From Callorhinchus milii (taxonomy: Eukaryota), in assembly GCF_018977255.1 (NCBI RefSeq), contig NW_024704743.1, forward strand, positions 107,820,001 through 107,884,000: 64,000 nucleotides of DNA, in the 5' to 3' direction. Positions 1-13,184 of the stretch are shown piece by piece; positions within the stretch are counted from its first letter, which is position 1; the number at the start of each line of letters is the position of its first letter. The translations under genes and the position numbers were made by a program. The notes under the pieces are model-generated. The model had not been told where the DNA came from, did no database searches, and saw only the letters and a program-made list of their open reading frames with translations.

Positions 1-17
1 GTTAGCCAGACACTAAC

Positions 18-212
18 CTTGAGTTAACATCTCATTTGGAGGATGAAACCTTCAGTAATGCAGCACACCTGTAGTATTGCATTGGAGTGTTAGCCTTAGT
101 CTATATGAGTTCCAAGTCTCGAAATGGGATTTGAACCCACAATGTTCTGAGATCTGGAGCCTAAAACCCATAATCTTCTGACACAGAGGTAAATGTGCTA
201 CCAAATGAGCCT
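18..212 (-). mobile_element. SacSINE1/DeuSINE-like SINE, 5' part (tRNA-like head and start of body)
   Basis: Reverse complement of the head GGCTCA(G)TTGGTAGCAC...CTCTG(A)GTCAGAAG..TGTGGGTTCAA seen in many other copies here; local duplication of part of the head. Confidence 0.75.
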
Positions 213-465
213 TGTTGCGTTTGGACTTTCAACAGATTTTGTGGTATAATTATCCCTTCTTTTGAGGACCACAGAATGCAGAGGCACTAGCCCTATGGTT
301 CCAATGACTGAGCGATGTTACTTCACCTTCCAGTTGTCATACCTGAGACACCAAAACCTTCTCCATTGTCCTCCATCACAACCAGAAGTATTAAAGCCAC
401 CCTCACTGCTTCTGGCTACATAGAAAAGAATGCATCATGTCACACTGATCTCTTTATTCACCATT

Positions 466-505
466 GGGACCTCCCGACGTGAAAAGCGCTATATCAAATG
501 CAAGG

Positions 506-540
<35 letters not shown>
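466..540 (+). mobile_element. 3' tail fragment of young SINE with (TAT)n
   Basis: gggacctcccgacgtgaaaagcgctatatcaaatgcaagga(tta)n matches the tails of full-length copies. Confidence 0.85.
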
Positions 541-541
<1 letters not shown>

Positions 542-2079
542 AAGAGCCCATGATTTTATTGTCACTTCAAAGAACCATGTTTGTTTGTGTGTGTGTGTGG
601 TGGTGGGGGGGTATAGGGGGGAAGCGTTGTTCTATGCTCGAAGGATTCTTTTCCACTGCAGCAGATGGCACATCAGAGGTAAGATAACATAGGACAAGTG
701 GCAGATGCTTCACACAGCAATATCAGAGACGTTATTTTCAGGAGAAATCCCGATTAATTAATCTCTGTCGTATTGCTCTTGCAGCTTGCTGGGCATCTTC
801 CTTTGGTTCCACAGACTCCTGACCTGCCTTCCCTTGCCTTCCCTGCTGACCATTTCTCTGATGGCAGTAATATCTTCAAGGCTGAGGGACCTTTATCTGA
901 GGAATAGTACTGTGGAGCATACAGAGGACCATTGAGATTCTGGCCACTTTGGAGGATCATAGAATCAAAGAAATCAGAATCAGCATAGAATCAAAACATC
1001 AAGTCCATGCTGATGTTAGCTTCTCCCCTGGAGCCATCCACCCTAATCCCAATTTCCTGGAATACTATGGATTGTAACCAAATTGATTTATAACATTCAA
1101 ATTCTGGAAAAACTTTCAGTCAGTGGCTGCTCTGCAGGAGAATGGTGATGATTCTCATCACTTAACAAGTGCTAGAAGACATTACGTCAAAGATCACAAG
1201 TTTGGTTCGGATGAAGAAGGCCCCTCGATCCATCTGATATCATTGCTCCAGAATACCCACCCTATTGTCCTCCCATCACAGCAACAAGCTGTTTTTTTTC
1301 TTTTCAAATGAGTCCAGTATTCTCACCTCAACCACCATTCCTGGTAATGGAGAATATCTACAGGCCTACAATCAGTATGGGCCTTAATAAAGCCAGGCAG
1401 TCAGTAAAGAACCCTACAGCATGAATTAATTGTGGCAGGTTGCCATTGATACAGTCTATTTACAATGTTTAGTCACACGCCACTTAGACATTCAAGGAAT
1501 GAATCCCATTTTGTTAACAAAAGCCAGGGGATTGATGGTTGAAGCCCTGAAGCTAATGTTGGTTGAATCAAGGTTGCCTTTCATTTATTTACAATTTTTG
1601 TTTACTGTGCCGAACAAAATTCATTTTGATTTGACTGTTTTTAAACATGAGACTTATTTGCTAAGTAAAACAAGATTTAAGGAATCAGCTCCCTAAGTGT
1701 AAGTTTAAAACCGTGGGAATTGATAAACCACACTGGCAACTTGAATTTGAAGGTACAGTACATTTTAGTAACAGTGAAGTGCGAATTGCTTCCAGTGTTG
1801 GTGTCAGTGGGAGTAATACATGTCTGGCTCAATGTTGCTTGAGTCAGACTATCTCACTTGATAAATGCACAGTAAAATTGCACGACACAGGACAACTTTG
1901 ACAGCTGTCACTTATGAACAAATTGACTTTGTTATCCAGAGGAGCAGTTCAAATGCACCAGCTATTTCCAGCTGTAAACAGTTACAGATGGGAAAGACAT
2001 TAGTTCTTTCAATATTGTATTATTCTTAGTATACACATGGTGTAGGAGTATTCTTTTGAAAACTTAGGCTCCCTTATAC

Positions 2080-2200
2080 AATACAACTTACATTATATAG
2101 TGCCTTTCACATCAGGAGGATGTCTCATAGTCATGATAGAGCTATATGGGCGCCTGAGCAGGGGTTGGAGTCGAGGGTGGGGGGGCGGGGGTGAGTCGCG
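2080..2200 (-). mobile_element. L2 LINE 3' terminal fragment
   Basis: Reverse-complement tail (acaacttacattatatagtgcctttcacatcaggaggatgtc) followed by G-rich antisense of the C-rich 3' UTR. Confidence 0.6.
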
Positions 2201-2814
2201 ATAGAATGCACAGACAAAAAGTTACATTATTAGATGTGCCTTGAGCAAGGGGAGGAAGGGAATGAATTGGAGAGCTGGGGAAGAATAGCTGAAATCCCTC
2301 CTGTTGATAAAAGGACGAGTAGGGCAGGAGACATGAAACAGGCTAGTGCTCACTGAGCTTTTCAGCATGCCATCCGTGCTATTTGAAAATTGTGAAGAAT
2401 CTTATAAATTATTTTAATCTGGGGGGAAACCCGACCATCGTTTAGGTGCTCAACAGATCAGTGATGTTATTCCATTGCCACATGTGGGCCATTTGAAGTT
2501 TGCCAGTGACATCTGATTCAAGGTTCGGAATAACAATGTTTGGATTAAGCAGTAAATTTAGCCTTTAGATCTTATCTTTTCGTCTAACTGAATGTTTTAT
2601 ACTGTCTCTAATTAACTTAATCAGTTCTCTGTGTCGCAGTTCTTCGCATATTCCCCCCAATTCATTTCATTTTGATCAGAAGTGCTTGGGGATGCTACGC
2701 CGGGTGAAGGGCGCTATATAAATGCAAGTTGTTGTTGTTGTTATCCCTAGGGCTTGAGTGACTTATTTAGTTTCTTTATGGCAGGATTGAATATTTATGG
2801 TGTTTCTATAATAA

Positions 2815-3075
2815 AATAATATGTTTTAAAAATCTTTGCATTTGCTATAATGCCATTCACATTGGGAGAACATCTCAAAGTGCTTTGCAGGATAGTATAG
2901 TAACATGTAGCAAATGTTTATTAAGCAATGTCCACAAACTCAAATTTCATTCCCATGAAATGAACAACCAATTTTATCCAGGGATTGTTGGCCAGGACAT
3001 CAGGAGAAACTCACTCCTCTTTTCGAATAGTGCCATGGGATTAAAAATGTCCATCTGAACAGCAGGCGAGACCTT
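2815..3075 (-). mobile_element. SacSINE1/DeuSINE-like SINE, 3' half
   Basis: ttgttggccaggacatcaggagaaactc...ttttcgaatagtgccatggga is the antisense of the Deu core. Confidence 0.75.
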
Positions 3076-3246
3076 GTGTAATAAGTAAACCACATAAAGA
3101 AGAAATATATGGAGGATAGACAGTGGGGAGTGGTGGATGATAGAAAATAAAGCATCACCTGATGTTCAGCAGCAGCACAGCGGCATTTGATTTGTGTTTG
3201 CTAAATCACTTGTGGTTTCTTTTGTTTAAGCTTCTAATGCTCTGCA

Positions 3247-3530
3247 TGTCAGCTTGGCTCAGTTGGCAGCACTCTTGGGTCAGAAGACTGTGAGTTCCAA
3301 GTATTAAGACTTGAACTGATAATTTAAGATGACAGTTCAGTGTACTTCATTCATTGCCTGAGGTGCTATGAGGAGTTGAAACCAAGGCCCATGTCTACCT
3401 GATCTCATGACTACTCAAAAAGAGGAGGGTGTTTCTCCTGGTGCCCAGGTTAACAATCGGCCAAATTAATTGGTCATACACCTAATGGGATGTTAGTGGA
3501 CCCTGACTTTACTGTGTTTGTCTACGAATA
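3247..3530 (+). mobile_element. SacSINE1/DeuSINE-like SINE (degenerate)
   Basis: Head cttggctcagttggcagcactc followed by degenerate Deu body. Confidence 0.7.
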
Positions 3531-3809
3531 CAATCCTCCGTTTGACAATAATTACCTATGTAGCAAAATGAATGTCAGTAAAAACCATGCTCCATGGAAA
3601 CATACATTTCCCCTTTAGCAGTAAGTATTCCTGAATATTATCCCAAATATTGAAGGACAGTTTCAAAATAGCAAGCAGATTTTCTTCTGTCCTGGGATCC
3701 TGTATCCACTTGCATCTCACACGTATCCACTTACATCCCACACACAACAGAGGCAAATGATGACATACGATCTGGGAGGGAAGCAGTGCAGGTGATGGAT
3801 GGGCAGGAT

Positions 3810-4460
3810 GTAGCCAGACAAACCATTGTAATAGCGGACTCAATGGGGAGGTAGCTGGATAGCGAGTTTTGTACAGATGAAAACATTAATAAGGCTTTGT
3901 AGGGGGCAAAGGTGAAAGATATAAAAGTGAGGCTGATGAGCTAATGAGGGGGAAAAGAGTTAATCCAGTTGTGGTTTTGTTTGGGCAGAAAGCGTGAGGA
4001 TGTAAAGAAAGAACACATAGGGTTGCTGGGCAGGTTTAAGGTAAAGGTATCTCCGTTGCTTCCAGTATTATGTAGGCTTATGAAAAGAATAAGCAAGATA
4101 ATTGACTTCAATGACTGGCTGGGTAGATTGTGTGTGCGGGAGGGAGTTCAATTTGTAGGTAATTGGGGAAGTTTTTCAGCTGGAAGGAACTTTTGCAGGA
4201 AGGACTGTCTGTACATAACCAGATGGGAGGCTAAGCTGTTGCTACAAAGGAAATACAACAAGTGGAATTAATTTAAAGGAGAGGGAGAAATGCTATGGTA
4301 GATAAGAATGAGCTGAAGCTGTCAATAATCAGGACATCATGGAGAATGTAGTGGTTCAAGTTGACGGGAGAAAATAAAACTAAAGGATCAAAGAGAGGAA
4401 AGAATGTATTGTACTTTTATACTAACACGAGCAGCTTCGGGAATAACTGGGTGAAATTTG
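3810..4460 (+). mobile_element. CR1 LINE 5' fragment: decayed ORF1 SGNH esterase domain plus the start of ORF2
   Basis: Across frameshifts: TIVIADS (GDS motif), GAKVKDI, FNDWLGRLCVREGVQFVGNWGSF...KDCLYI (cf. NxWLxxWCxxEGFxFLxHW...DGLHL), then YFYTNTSSFGNN (cf. ORF2 start CLYTNARSxxNK). Confidence 0.75.
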
Positions 4461-5729
4461 TGATGTTTCATAACACTCTCTAACAACTAATGTAAGCTTT
4501 GTGAAAAGCCATAAACTTAATCCCAAATTGCAGAATTAGAGATGCACGGAGCCAGTGAAAATCTTGTCATCTGGGTCTAATCACAGTGAATGTTTTAACT
4601 TTGCTTTCTAATACTGCAAAGGACAAAGAGGCTAGAATCATTAAAACAGCCATAAGGTAAATGACAAATTTAGATTGTCGGCCAGGACACCAGGAGAAAC
4701 TCCCTTCTCTTTTTGAAGACTGCTGTGGGATCTTTAGCATACCTGGAGAAGACACAACCTCAGGTTAATATCTTATCTGGAAGATAATGCCAACCTTACC
4801 TTACATAACATGTTTGTAATACAAACATAATGTTCATTGCCACCACAGTCCAGAGAGTCTTAAACGCAGAATAGATTTAATACCTTATGGAGCAGCTTTT
4901 TTAAAAAAATCCTGCTGAAGAATGATGGATCCGGATACAGGAATCATTTGTTTATATCTTGACCCATGTCCTGAATCGGAGCTGAATCTTTAGACAAAGA
5001 GCCGTTTGTCATGTGTGAGGAAAAGGAGGAAGATTGTGCTGAAGAATAGGAGGAAAGGAGAAATTGGACCCTTTCGCCATAATTGGATCTTTGAGGGAAT
5101 TAACACAGGCTAGAAAATAACAACAACCTGGGATTATACAGCACCTTTCATGTTGGGAGGATGTCTGAAAGTGCTTCACACAGCTGACTGGAAGCCAAAG
5201 TTAGAGGGTGGGGGAGTGGGACCTGAGGAGGGAGAAAGCATAAAATTATGGATTATGTCGCTTATTTTATAGGCCAATCTGCAAAGTGCTCTGATTTTAG
5301 ATGAGACATCTCTGAAACATGATGAGATATATCATTCATAGGGGTTGGGATTTATCAACTGAAACTTCCCTCCCACCCCCTCCCCTTACATCTTGAGGCA
5401 GCAGGATACAGGAAGTATCTTAAGCCTCAGGCTATTGACTAGGTTATAGATGCTGTGCAGTCTCCCTCACACCAGCTGCATAACAATATTACATCCTTGT
5501 GTCAGAGCATGCAAGCTGTCTGGGAACCATTAACTGACCAGATTGTTTTTATCATTAATTTGCTGACTACACTAGCCACCTTCTCGGGTAGAACCCAGAA
5601 AAATCACCAGTTAAAGTTTCCCGGAGTATTGTAGTGTAAAATTGAGGACATCTCAAAGCACTTCACAGGATTCACTGTAAAGTGTAGTGACTGTATTTTT
5701 TATAGGTGAACGCAGCTCAGTGATTAGAG

Positions 5730-6300
5730 CAACAACAACAACATCAACAAAATCACATTTGTAAAGCATCTTTCACGTTGGGAGGATGTCCCAAGGCGCT
5801 GGACAGACAGGGTTATGGACCTGAGCTGGGGGGCGGTGTCGGGGAGGGTGGAGTGCAGGGTGTGGGGGAAGCAGGGTGATCAAAAGCACGGTCGAAGAGG
5901 AGGGTCTTGAGATGGGTCTTGAAGGACGCAACGGAGGGGTCAAGGCGGAGGGACTGTGGGATGGAGTTCCAGAGGGTGGGGGCAGAGTGGTGGGAAGCCC
6001 GCCCGCCCGCCAATAGTGGGGCAAGCAAGGTGGGGGACGTACAGCAGGCCTGAGCTGCTGAGCGGAGGGAGCGAGCAGGATGGTAGGGGTTAGGAGGTCG
6101 CAGAGGTAAGAGGGAAGCAAGGCCATGGAGGTCTTTGAAGGTGAGGACCAGGATCTTTAACTGTATCCTTTGTGTGATGGGAAGTTAGTGGAGTTGGGCG
6201 AGGATGGAGTTTATAGGGTCAAGGAGCCTTGACTCTCAGCTTCTGGAGGGAGGAGTTGGGGAGGCTGACAAGAAGGGAGTGTAGTGAAAGCGAGGCAGGG
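5730..6300 (-). mobile_element. L2 LINE 3' fragment (ORF2 C-terminus, 3' UTR, stem-loop, (TTG)n)
   Basis: Minus-strand translation GGRASHHSAPTLWNSIPQSLR..SFKTHLKTLLF; tail ctgtccagcgccttgggacatcctcccaacgtgaaag. Confidence 0.9.
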
Positions 6301-6327
6301 ATACAAGTTGTTTCATTTTTTCCTTAC

Positions 6328-6750
6328 AGGTGTCAGCCTGGTAGTACTCTTGGCTCTGAGTCTTGTGGCTTCAAGCTCCACATCAGGACTTTGAATTCAT
6401 ATAGTCCAGGTTGACATTCCAATGCAGCATGGGGTGGGGCACCGCATTCTAGGAGATGCTGTCCTTTGAATGACATGTTAAACTGAGGTCCCGTCTTCCT
6501 TTTTAGATGGATGTTAAAGATCCTGAGACACTATTTGAAAAGAGACGGGAATTTCTCCAGGTGTCATTGTCAATAATCCCCCAAATAAAATTCATCCTTC
6601 CCTTCATGGCTGTTTGTGGGACATTGCTGTGTGAAAAACTGGTGTGTTCACCTGCAAAGTACACTTTACAGTAAATCATGTGAAGCTCTTTGAGACTTTT
6701 TTTTATGCAGTATAACATGTGGTTCTTTATCAAATGCAAGAATTATAAAT
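6328..6750 (+). mobile_element. SacSINE1/DeuSINE-like SINE, near full length
   Basis: Head, Deu core (gttaaagatcc...ctatttgaaaagag..ggaatttctcc..gtgtc), atggctgtttgtgggacattgctgtg and tail. Confidence 0.8.
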
Positions 6751-6899
6751 GTAAGTTGTACTCCCAATTATTATTATTACAGATTCTGTGACCAATCTCT
6801 ACTCGCAAAATTGTAGACAAAGCAGAATTATTCTGATTTACATCAATTGAAATTGAGTGGTGAAGTTAACTGTTATTTTTTTCCATAATCCCTCCCCAC

Positions 6900-7080
6900 C
6901 CAAAAAAAAATGTGATCACTCAATCCACAACTGTTTGCAGGACATTGCTGTGCACGATGGGGTACTGTATTTTGCCCACAAAATATAGCCAATTCACTTC
7001 ACAATATATTCTGCAAAGCGCTTTAAAACGTCTCAACGACGTATTAAGGCGTTATATCGATGCAAGGATTATTATAGGAT
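6900..7080 (+). mobile_element. Young SINE, 5'-truncated
   Basis: cactcaatccacaactgtttg...tgcaaggattattat. Confidence 0.8.
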
Positions 7081-8269
7081 TATTTTATTATACTGACATT
7101 TTTTAAAAATTTCTTTGATACAAAGATGCCTCTATTTCTTCATTGCTGGGAAACCAATTATTATTTCAAAGTAGTATTTGAACATATTAAAGGATGCATG
7201 CTGTGTACTTTACAGAGCGTTTTGGTACTTGTGGTGCATTTTATCCTTATTTTCGTGATGTTCACATGGATTAGATGATTTACTTTCTAGAAGTGATTTG
7301 TTAAAAAACATGGAATATTATACAATTTCTATTGATCTTCAATTTGGTTCTATCTCAATAATTAAGCTGTGTAATCTTAGCACAATCATTGCAGGTAATT
7401 TAGAAAAATCATATTGCTTTCAAAATGCTCAGCTCACTTCAAGATTGCACAGTTGTGAAGGTTAATGGTTCCCTGTAGTTGTATAAATCAAAACAGATCC
7501 ATATCTAGCAGAACATAAATAGGAGATTTACGGCTATATTTTAGGTACACAATGTTGGAGGTATTTAGCTCTTTTTCCAATGTGAATGATAGAGCACGTG
7601 CAATATAAATACATCTGCGCACCTAAAAATGGGGAAAATGTCAACTTGGCTTCAATAATTGGTTTACTTTGTGTTTCAATCATTATGTGCTAATTCATTG
7701 CAAATGAGTTTAATTCAATGCAGAGAATGTGGACTGATAGTAAATTATGCTGAAAATCAAACTACTGCCAAAGGAACCATCCCACTGTAAGCAGTAAACA
7801 TATGTTAACACTACTACTTGCAGGACAATTCAGAAGCATACTTTTAATAAAGCTGTTGATAGTTCAGGTGCACGCAGTGCCATATGGTCCAGTGAATGGC
7901 CCTCTATTGTGATATGATTATAATGTACTGGAACCATAAACCACTGAACCTAAATCATTGATATAGTTCTAAAACAGAAACATACACAGACTCTCCCACT
8001 TGCCATGGTTCAAAGCCAGAAACAAACTGAAAATTGGTTTTGTTGGCGGGAATCACACTTCATGATACAGAACAAGCAAAGAATAGTTCCCACTAGCATC
8101 CTGCAAGCCAAAGCCCTAACAGGTAGGATGACCCGAGCTGGAAAAGCAGCGTGAAGCTTGCCAGACATGTTTACAATGGCAAGCTACATGTTTTTTAGTT
8201 AGTTAAACTCCTGCAGTACCCCCAATTCACTTTGGAGTTCACAGGCTCTTGCCAACCTGCATGTAAAGT

Positions 8270-8475
8270 TCACTTTATGGCAGTTTGTGATGCATTGTTG
8301 TGCTCAAACTAGCTGCCGCATTCACTCACAAAAAACGCAATCATTACACTTTACAGTATATTTTCAACCACAAAATATACAGTCAATTCACTTTACAATA
8401 TATTCGGTGAAGTGCTTTGAGATGTCTCGAAGACGTGATAGGGCGCTACATCAATGCAAGGATTATTATTATATT
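8270..8475 (+). mobile_element. SINE 3' half (Deu 3' part and tail), partly duplicated
   Basis: aaaatatacagtcaattcactttac...gatgtctcgaagacgtgatagggcgctacatcaatgcaaggattatt. Confidence 0.75.
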
Positions 8476-8900
8476 CTGTGAAGCGCTTTGAGACATCTGG
8501 ACTGGACAGGTAAGATGTGTCTTTCTGGGGACATAGTACCCACTTTTTTCAAGACAAAGGGAAATAAATGTCCATGCATTTGCGGACCGCTGTCTCGGTT
8601 GGACACTTTTAAGAGCAGCGATGGATTTCTGTGTGTGTCAGACACCCGGCTGACCAAAAGAAAACAATACAATCATCAAGCAGTCACAAACCAGGAATAG
8701 GTTCAGGTGATTGATACAAATTCCCCAGTGGTATTTCGTAAGTGAATCAATCACACTGCCAGACGTGTGACCCATGACTGTGACAACAGAACATCTACCT
8801 CACATGACCAATCTATTCATTCACATGGCAACCAGTTTACTCTTAGTTACTGCATAACCAGGTATTTTTCATGCCCCCAATTAATTTGCTATATTCTCAC

Positions 8901-8930
8901 CTGGAAGATTATGTGTGAGAATTAACTGTG
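8901..8930 (-). other. Candidate 30-nt exon
   Basis: Minus strand: ttttattcatttatttttcacag|CACAGTTAATTCTCACACATAATCTTCCAG|gtgaga; open only in phase 1 (xQLILTHNLP). Confidence 0.3.
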
Positions 8931-10249
8931 CTGTGAAAAATAAATGAATAAAAAAATGATCTTTTACAATTTGCAGTAGTTCTTGTGAACTGCTTTGAGA
9001 TGTTTTGACCATGAGATAAGGTATATCAAATACAAAGATTATTATTATTATCATACCAACTGATGGTACCTAGGAAAACAGGAACAGAAGAAGTCTATTC
9101 AGCCCTTTCAGCCTGTTTCACCAGCTCATTAGATGTTGGCAGATCTTTTAATCCTAATGCCCCACAATTTTATTATACCCCTCAATGTTTCTTTTACCGA
9201 AGCATCTGTCTTTCTCCCGTCTATATATGACTATTTTCATTGATAAGGCATAAGTTGAAAAGTTTTTTGACAACTCGAGTACTGTAGTTGGTAAAACATA
9301 AGCTACAAATAAACAGACTAAGTGATAAATATATATATTTGGAGTGAATTTTCCAGTATTAATATGAAGCAGGCTGCTCATGCTTGACTTGATCAGTAAC
9401 TGCCCTGAATAAAACGGTTGCTGAAACTATGGCTGGGAAGGTTATTCTGTGGCCCACATGATAATGAGAAGCTGGGAAGACAATTGACAAAACGACAGCA
9501 AAGCAAGGTACAAAAGGACTGAATGAACGCATGAGAGAATGTGACAACATTGTAAACATGGTGACATAAACCATATGTCTCAGGGAGAAGAGGCACAGGA
9601 AGGGACGCAACACAGCTGGGCTATCACAGCAGGAAGAGCCGAGGGGAATGTCACCCACAACAGTGAAACATCTGGAATAGCATGGAAGAGCCATAAAGGA
9701 ATGGTTTCGAAATCTGGTTGTCAGCCTGCTCTTCAGCTAAAGACAATCCTGGCAGTGCAAACTGAAATATATTAAGAAAAAGCACAACCTTTTGACAGCG
9801 CTGGAAATCAGGAGGTCCACCTAATATATTATGACAAATTCAATGAGCAATAGACCTATCTAATCATTTTTGGCAGATCTCATGAAAATGCATTTGTTTC
9901 ACTGATGTTTAAGAGCCCACATTCTGGCAGGCTATTTCTAACACTGTACCAGTATATTAGTCTCCTCTGGCCCATGAAACAAAACAGCCACAAATATTTA
10001 CAGTAATCAGATGTTTGCCAATGGTTGATCAGATTCCATTATGAAATAGCATCAGAATATGTTTGCTGAGGACCATTCTTTTACTTCATTGAAAAATGTT
10101 GATTCATAATAGCTCAAAGCAGTCAGCTTTAACACAACGCCATTCTGTGTGTAAATCAGGGAAGATGGGAGGAGGACTCTAGGATTTTGTCCTCAGTCTT
10201 TTCTCCAATCAGTTTATACCACTAGACATGGAGCAACATAAAATTGCCT

Positions 10250-10410
10250 CCTCTTCAACCGTGCTTTCAGTCACCCTCCTACCGTCCCCTCCCTCCACCC
10301 CTCTTGATTCCCAACCACCAGCTCGAGTGCGGAACCCTGATGGTCCAGGGCCTTGAGACGTCTTCCTGACGTGAAAGGTGCTATACAAATGTAATTGTTG
10401 TTGTTGTTGC
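10250..10410 (+). mobile_element. L2 LINE 3' terminal fragment
   Basis: C-rich UTR, ccttgagacgtcttcctgacgtgaaaggtgct, (TTG)n. Confidence 0.75.
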
Positions 10411-10478
10411 TCTTGGGCTGAGGAGGATCTTGGGATTCCGCAGACTCAGAATGGAATTGTAAATTAAATTTTCCTCAC

Positions 10479-10716
10479 TCTGCATAATTGCCTGTCAGAT
10501 GGCGGTCGGTAGCTTTGAAGATGGATTGGTGGTGAAAATGGAAAGTTTCCATGATTTAATATGTGCGATTTCCTGTACTTGTTTACTTGTAATGAATCTG
10601 AGTTTCACAACTGGGGAGCCCTCGTGGCAACTGGACCCAGGCCACACTCTGCAGGAACTCTGCTTTGAAGCCATCTTTCTGGACAGGAATTCTATTAAAA
10701 TCCTGAACAAGGAATC
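10479..10716 (-). other. Candidate 238-nt exon (UTR/lncRNA or start-codon exon)
   Basis: Acceptor tatttcctaacag|, donor AGA|gtgagg; ATG at 10552 (aatcATGG) opens METFHFHHQSIFKATDRHLTGNYA up to the donor. Confidence 0.3.
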
Positions 10717-11059
10717 CTGTTAGGAAATACTGTACCACAATTTAGACCCAAATATATCTCTTTGAAAATACTCCTGAAAACTTTTTTTTCTTGATATAAC
10801 AATAACAAATAACAAAATAACAAAAGTCAATTCTGTACAGTGTGTAACGTTTCGAGAACCACATACAAGCTCAGGGAGTTGAGATTCTTGATCTGACTTT
10901 CGAATCCTTCACCATCGTGGCCCACCCGAATTCTGCAAAGAGTGGGTCAAGACCCATGTGGAATATCAACAATTTCAAGCACTGGTTGGACTAAATGGCC
11001 TGTTCTTGTGCTGTACCATGTATACAAATCTGTGTAACAGCACTTTTCAAATCACATCA

Positions 11060-11275
11060 AAATAATAATAATAATCCTGACATTTGATTTAGCCTGTTTC
11101 ACTTTGGGAGGCCGTCTCAAAGCTCTACTGGTGCAGTGACTGTATTTTTTTACAGGCAATTGTATCAGCTAATTTGTGCAAAGCAATGTCTGATGAAGTG
11201 GATGATCAATTTTATTTGGGGGATTGTTGGCCAATACACAAGGAGAAACTCCCTTCTCTTTTCAAATGGTGCATT
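11060..11275 (-). mobile_element. SacSINE1/DeuSINE-like SINE, 3' half
   Basis: Antisense tail and Deu core (ttgttggccaatacacaaggagaaactccc). Confidence 0.7.
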
Positions 11276-11569
11276 TCAGATTGCCACCCATATTTCCATT
11301 AAATGTTAAAGTTGAGCCTTTACTTGGAACATCCTCCTGACGTGAAAGGCGTTCTATAAATGTAATTTTGTTCTTGTTGTTGTTACTCAGCACGATAAGC
11401 TAAGATGTGGTAGAAGAGCTTCTGGCAACATCTGTCCCACATTCGTGTATCCTGCAGGTCCTGGCTTTATTTATACACTATTGTTGCATGTGTCATCCAT
11501 TGTACCATTTCACGAGTCACATATATTGTTTTCACAACAGTGTTGTACACAGAATCTATGCAATGCAAT

Positions 11570-11935
11570 GACACTGGGATGGCTGACATTGCGAAATAAG
11601 GCCACTCGCTCCCTTGAGCACTGTGAGTGTAGTCACTGAACAGTTGCATGTTCAGACACTGGTTTGTGCTGCATTGGCTGGTCTCAGCTGGAATAGCGGT
11701 TGGGAGATGTTTCAATTAGCCTCGGTGCCCCAGGTTAGAGAAGGGAAAACTAGGGTTCTAGTTTCTTATTGCTACCCAGAGACTCTGTTTGGTACGTGTG
11801 TCGGATAAGTATATAATCAGGCTCAGCTGCAGTGCTTCTACAGTCAAAGAGCCTGCCAGCACTCACTGTCATTAATGGCTAAATGCTCCTGTGAAACCAT
11901 AGCCCATGAGAAGCCAAATGGAGACGAACAGTTTT
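11570..11935 (+). mobile_element. Ancient SINE, AmnSINE2-like (name from recall)
   Basis: gtgctgcattggctggtctcagc...caattagcctcggtgccccagg...gcctgccagcactcactgtc; related to copies at 21.3, 25.6, 43.7 and 54.6 kb. Confidence 0.6.
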
Positions 11936-13184
11936 AGCTGGGGAGGATGAAGCAACAAGTTACTAAAACATTTGCTACAGTGTACTCAAAACCGAGGTTA
12001 CGTTTTGCTCCTACTTTTGCACCTATTTTGAATTGGACTGCTATACAATGTGTGTGATAACAATAATCCTTGCATTTGATGCAGCACCTTTCACATCGGG
12101 CAAACGTCTCAAAGTGCTTCACAGGATTTACTGTAAAGCACAACTGAGTTTTGAATTATTTTCGATTTTTGAAGATGATAAAAAATAATAATAGTAACGA
12201 CGATTTTCTGTCCTTTGCAGGCAGGTTTTAATCTTCAGATCTGTAAAATGCTGCCACGAGAATTGATGAATTTGTTGAGTGTGCTATGGATTTCCCTGTG
12301 CAAATCATCAACAACAACAACTTTCATTTATATAACGTCCCTCACACAGGATAGCTTCCCAGAGCGCTTAAGTATTAATCAGGAGAGCAAACTCATAAGA
12401 AAAGACTTTACTAGTTTTTAATGGAATTCAAGTATTTGCTCAAATAATTATGTTGATAACGGCTGAGAGGGAAAAAAATACCTCTATCTATTTTTTATGA
12501 TGGGTTCACTGTGCTAGTGCTAGTTTTCTCCTCCTTCCCTACCCCCCAATAACTTTCCAAAAAATGATAAATTATTAACCTTCCTCAACAATGAAAGGCT
12601 TTGAGCGTTTATATCATTGTAACAACTAATTAATTTTTTCCTGACATTTCGCAAGCTGGCAGTTTTTAACAAATCAATTGCGAAACTTGAAATTCAGTCC
12701 AATTTATTGGACAATTTATTTACTTGAGCAAGGTTTGTGAATGTGTGTGTATGAGGGGATGAGGGGATGAGAGGTTGGGGGTGGGGGAGATGGGGGAGGG
12801 GATGGGTGTACAGCGCAAAGTGCTTTAATTGGTATTCAGCTACACTTTGAGTAATTACATGACGGTGGTTCACAAATTATAAATTTATCTTTTTTTAAAA
12901 AAAGAAAAAGTAATCTGTAGAAACCCTGATCCAGGCATAAAATTTCGTAGCAAATTATTTTCTACATTTATCAAGATTTCACTGTAGGAGGTAATTAGAG
13001 GTCAGGATATCCCACAAACCCCATCCCTTATCTCCATGTTGAATAAAAAGGCCTCATGACCAGCCCAACACAGGCACTGGCATGTATTGTATTGGAACTC
13101 ACTGTAGTTTTTTTTCCAATTTGGTTTGCACGTAACATTTTTCAGAAAACAACAAACGTGATAATGCTGTGAACATTGCCTACT

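Noticed and set aside
430..687. ORFs with poly-Tyr/Ile/Asn runs or the recurrent peptide [26 protein letters not shown] (also 13914, 14456, 27365, 57950)
   Set aside because: Translations of the SINE 3' tail and its (TAT)n repeat, not genes
12220..12305. Strong plus-strand acceptor ttttctgtcctttgcag
   Set aside because: No convincing donor before the sequence runs into an L2 tail
12755..12808. G-quadruplex-prone G-run tracts (also 33074-33097)
   Set aside because: Common low-complexity sequence with nothing tying it to function
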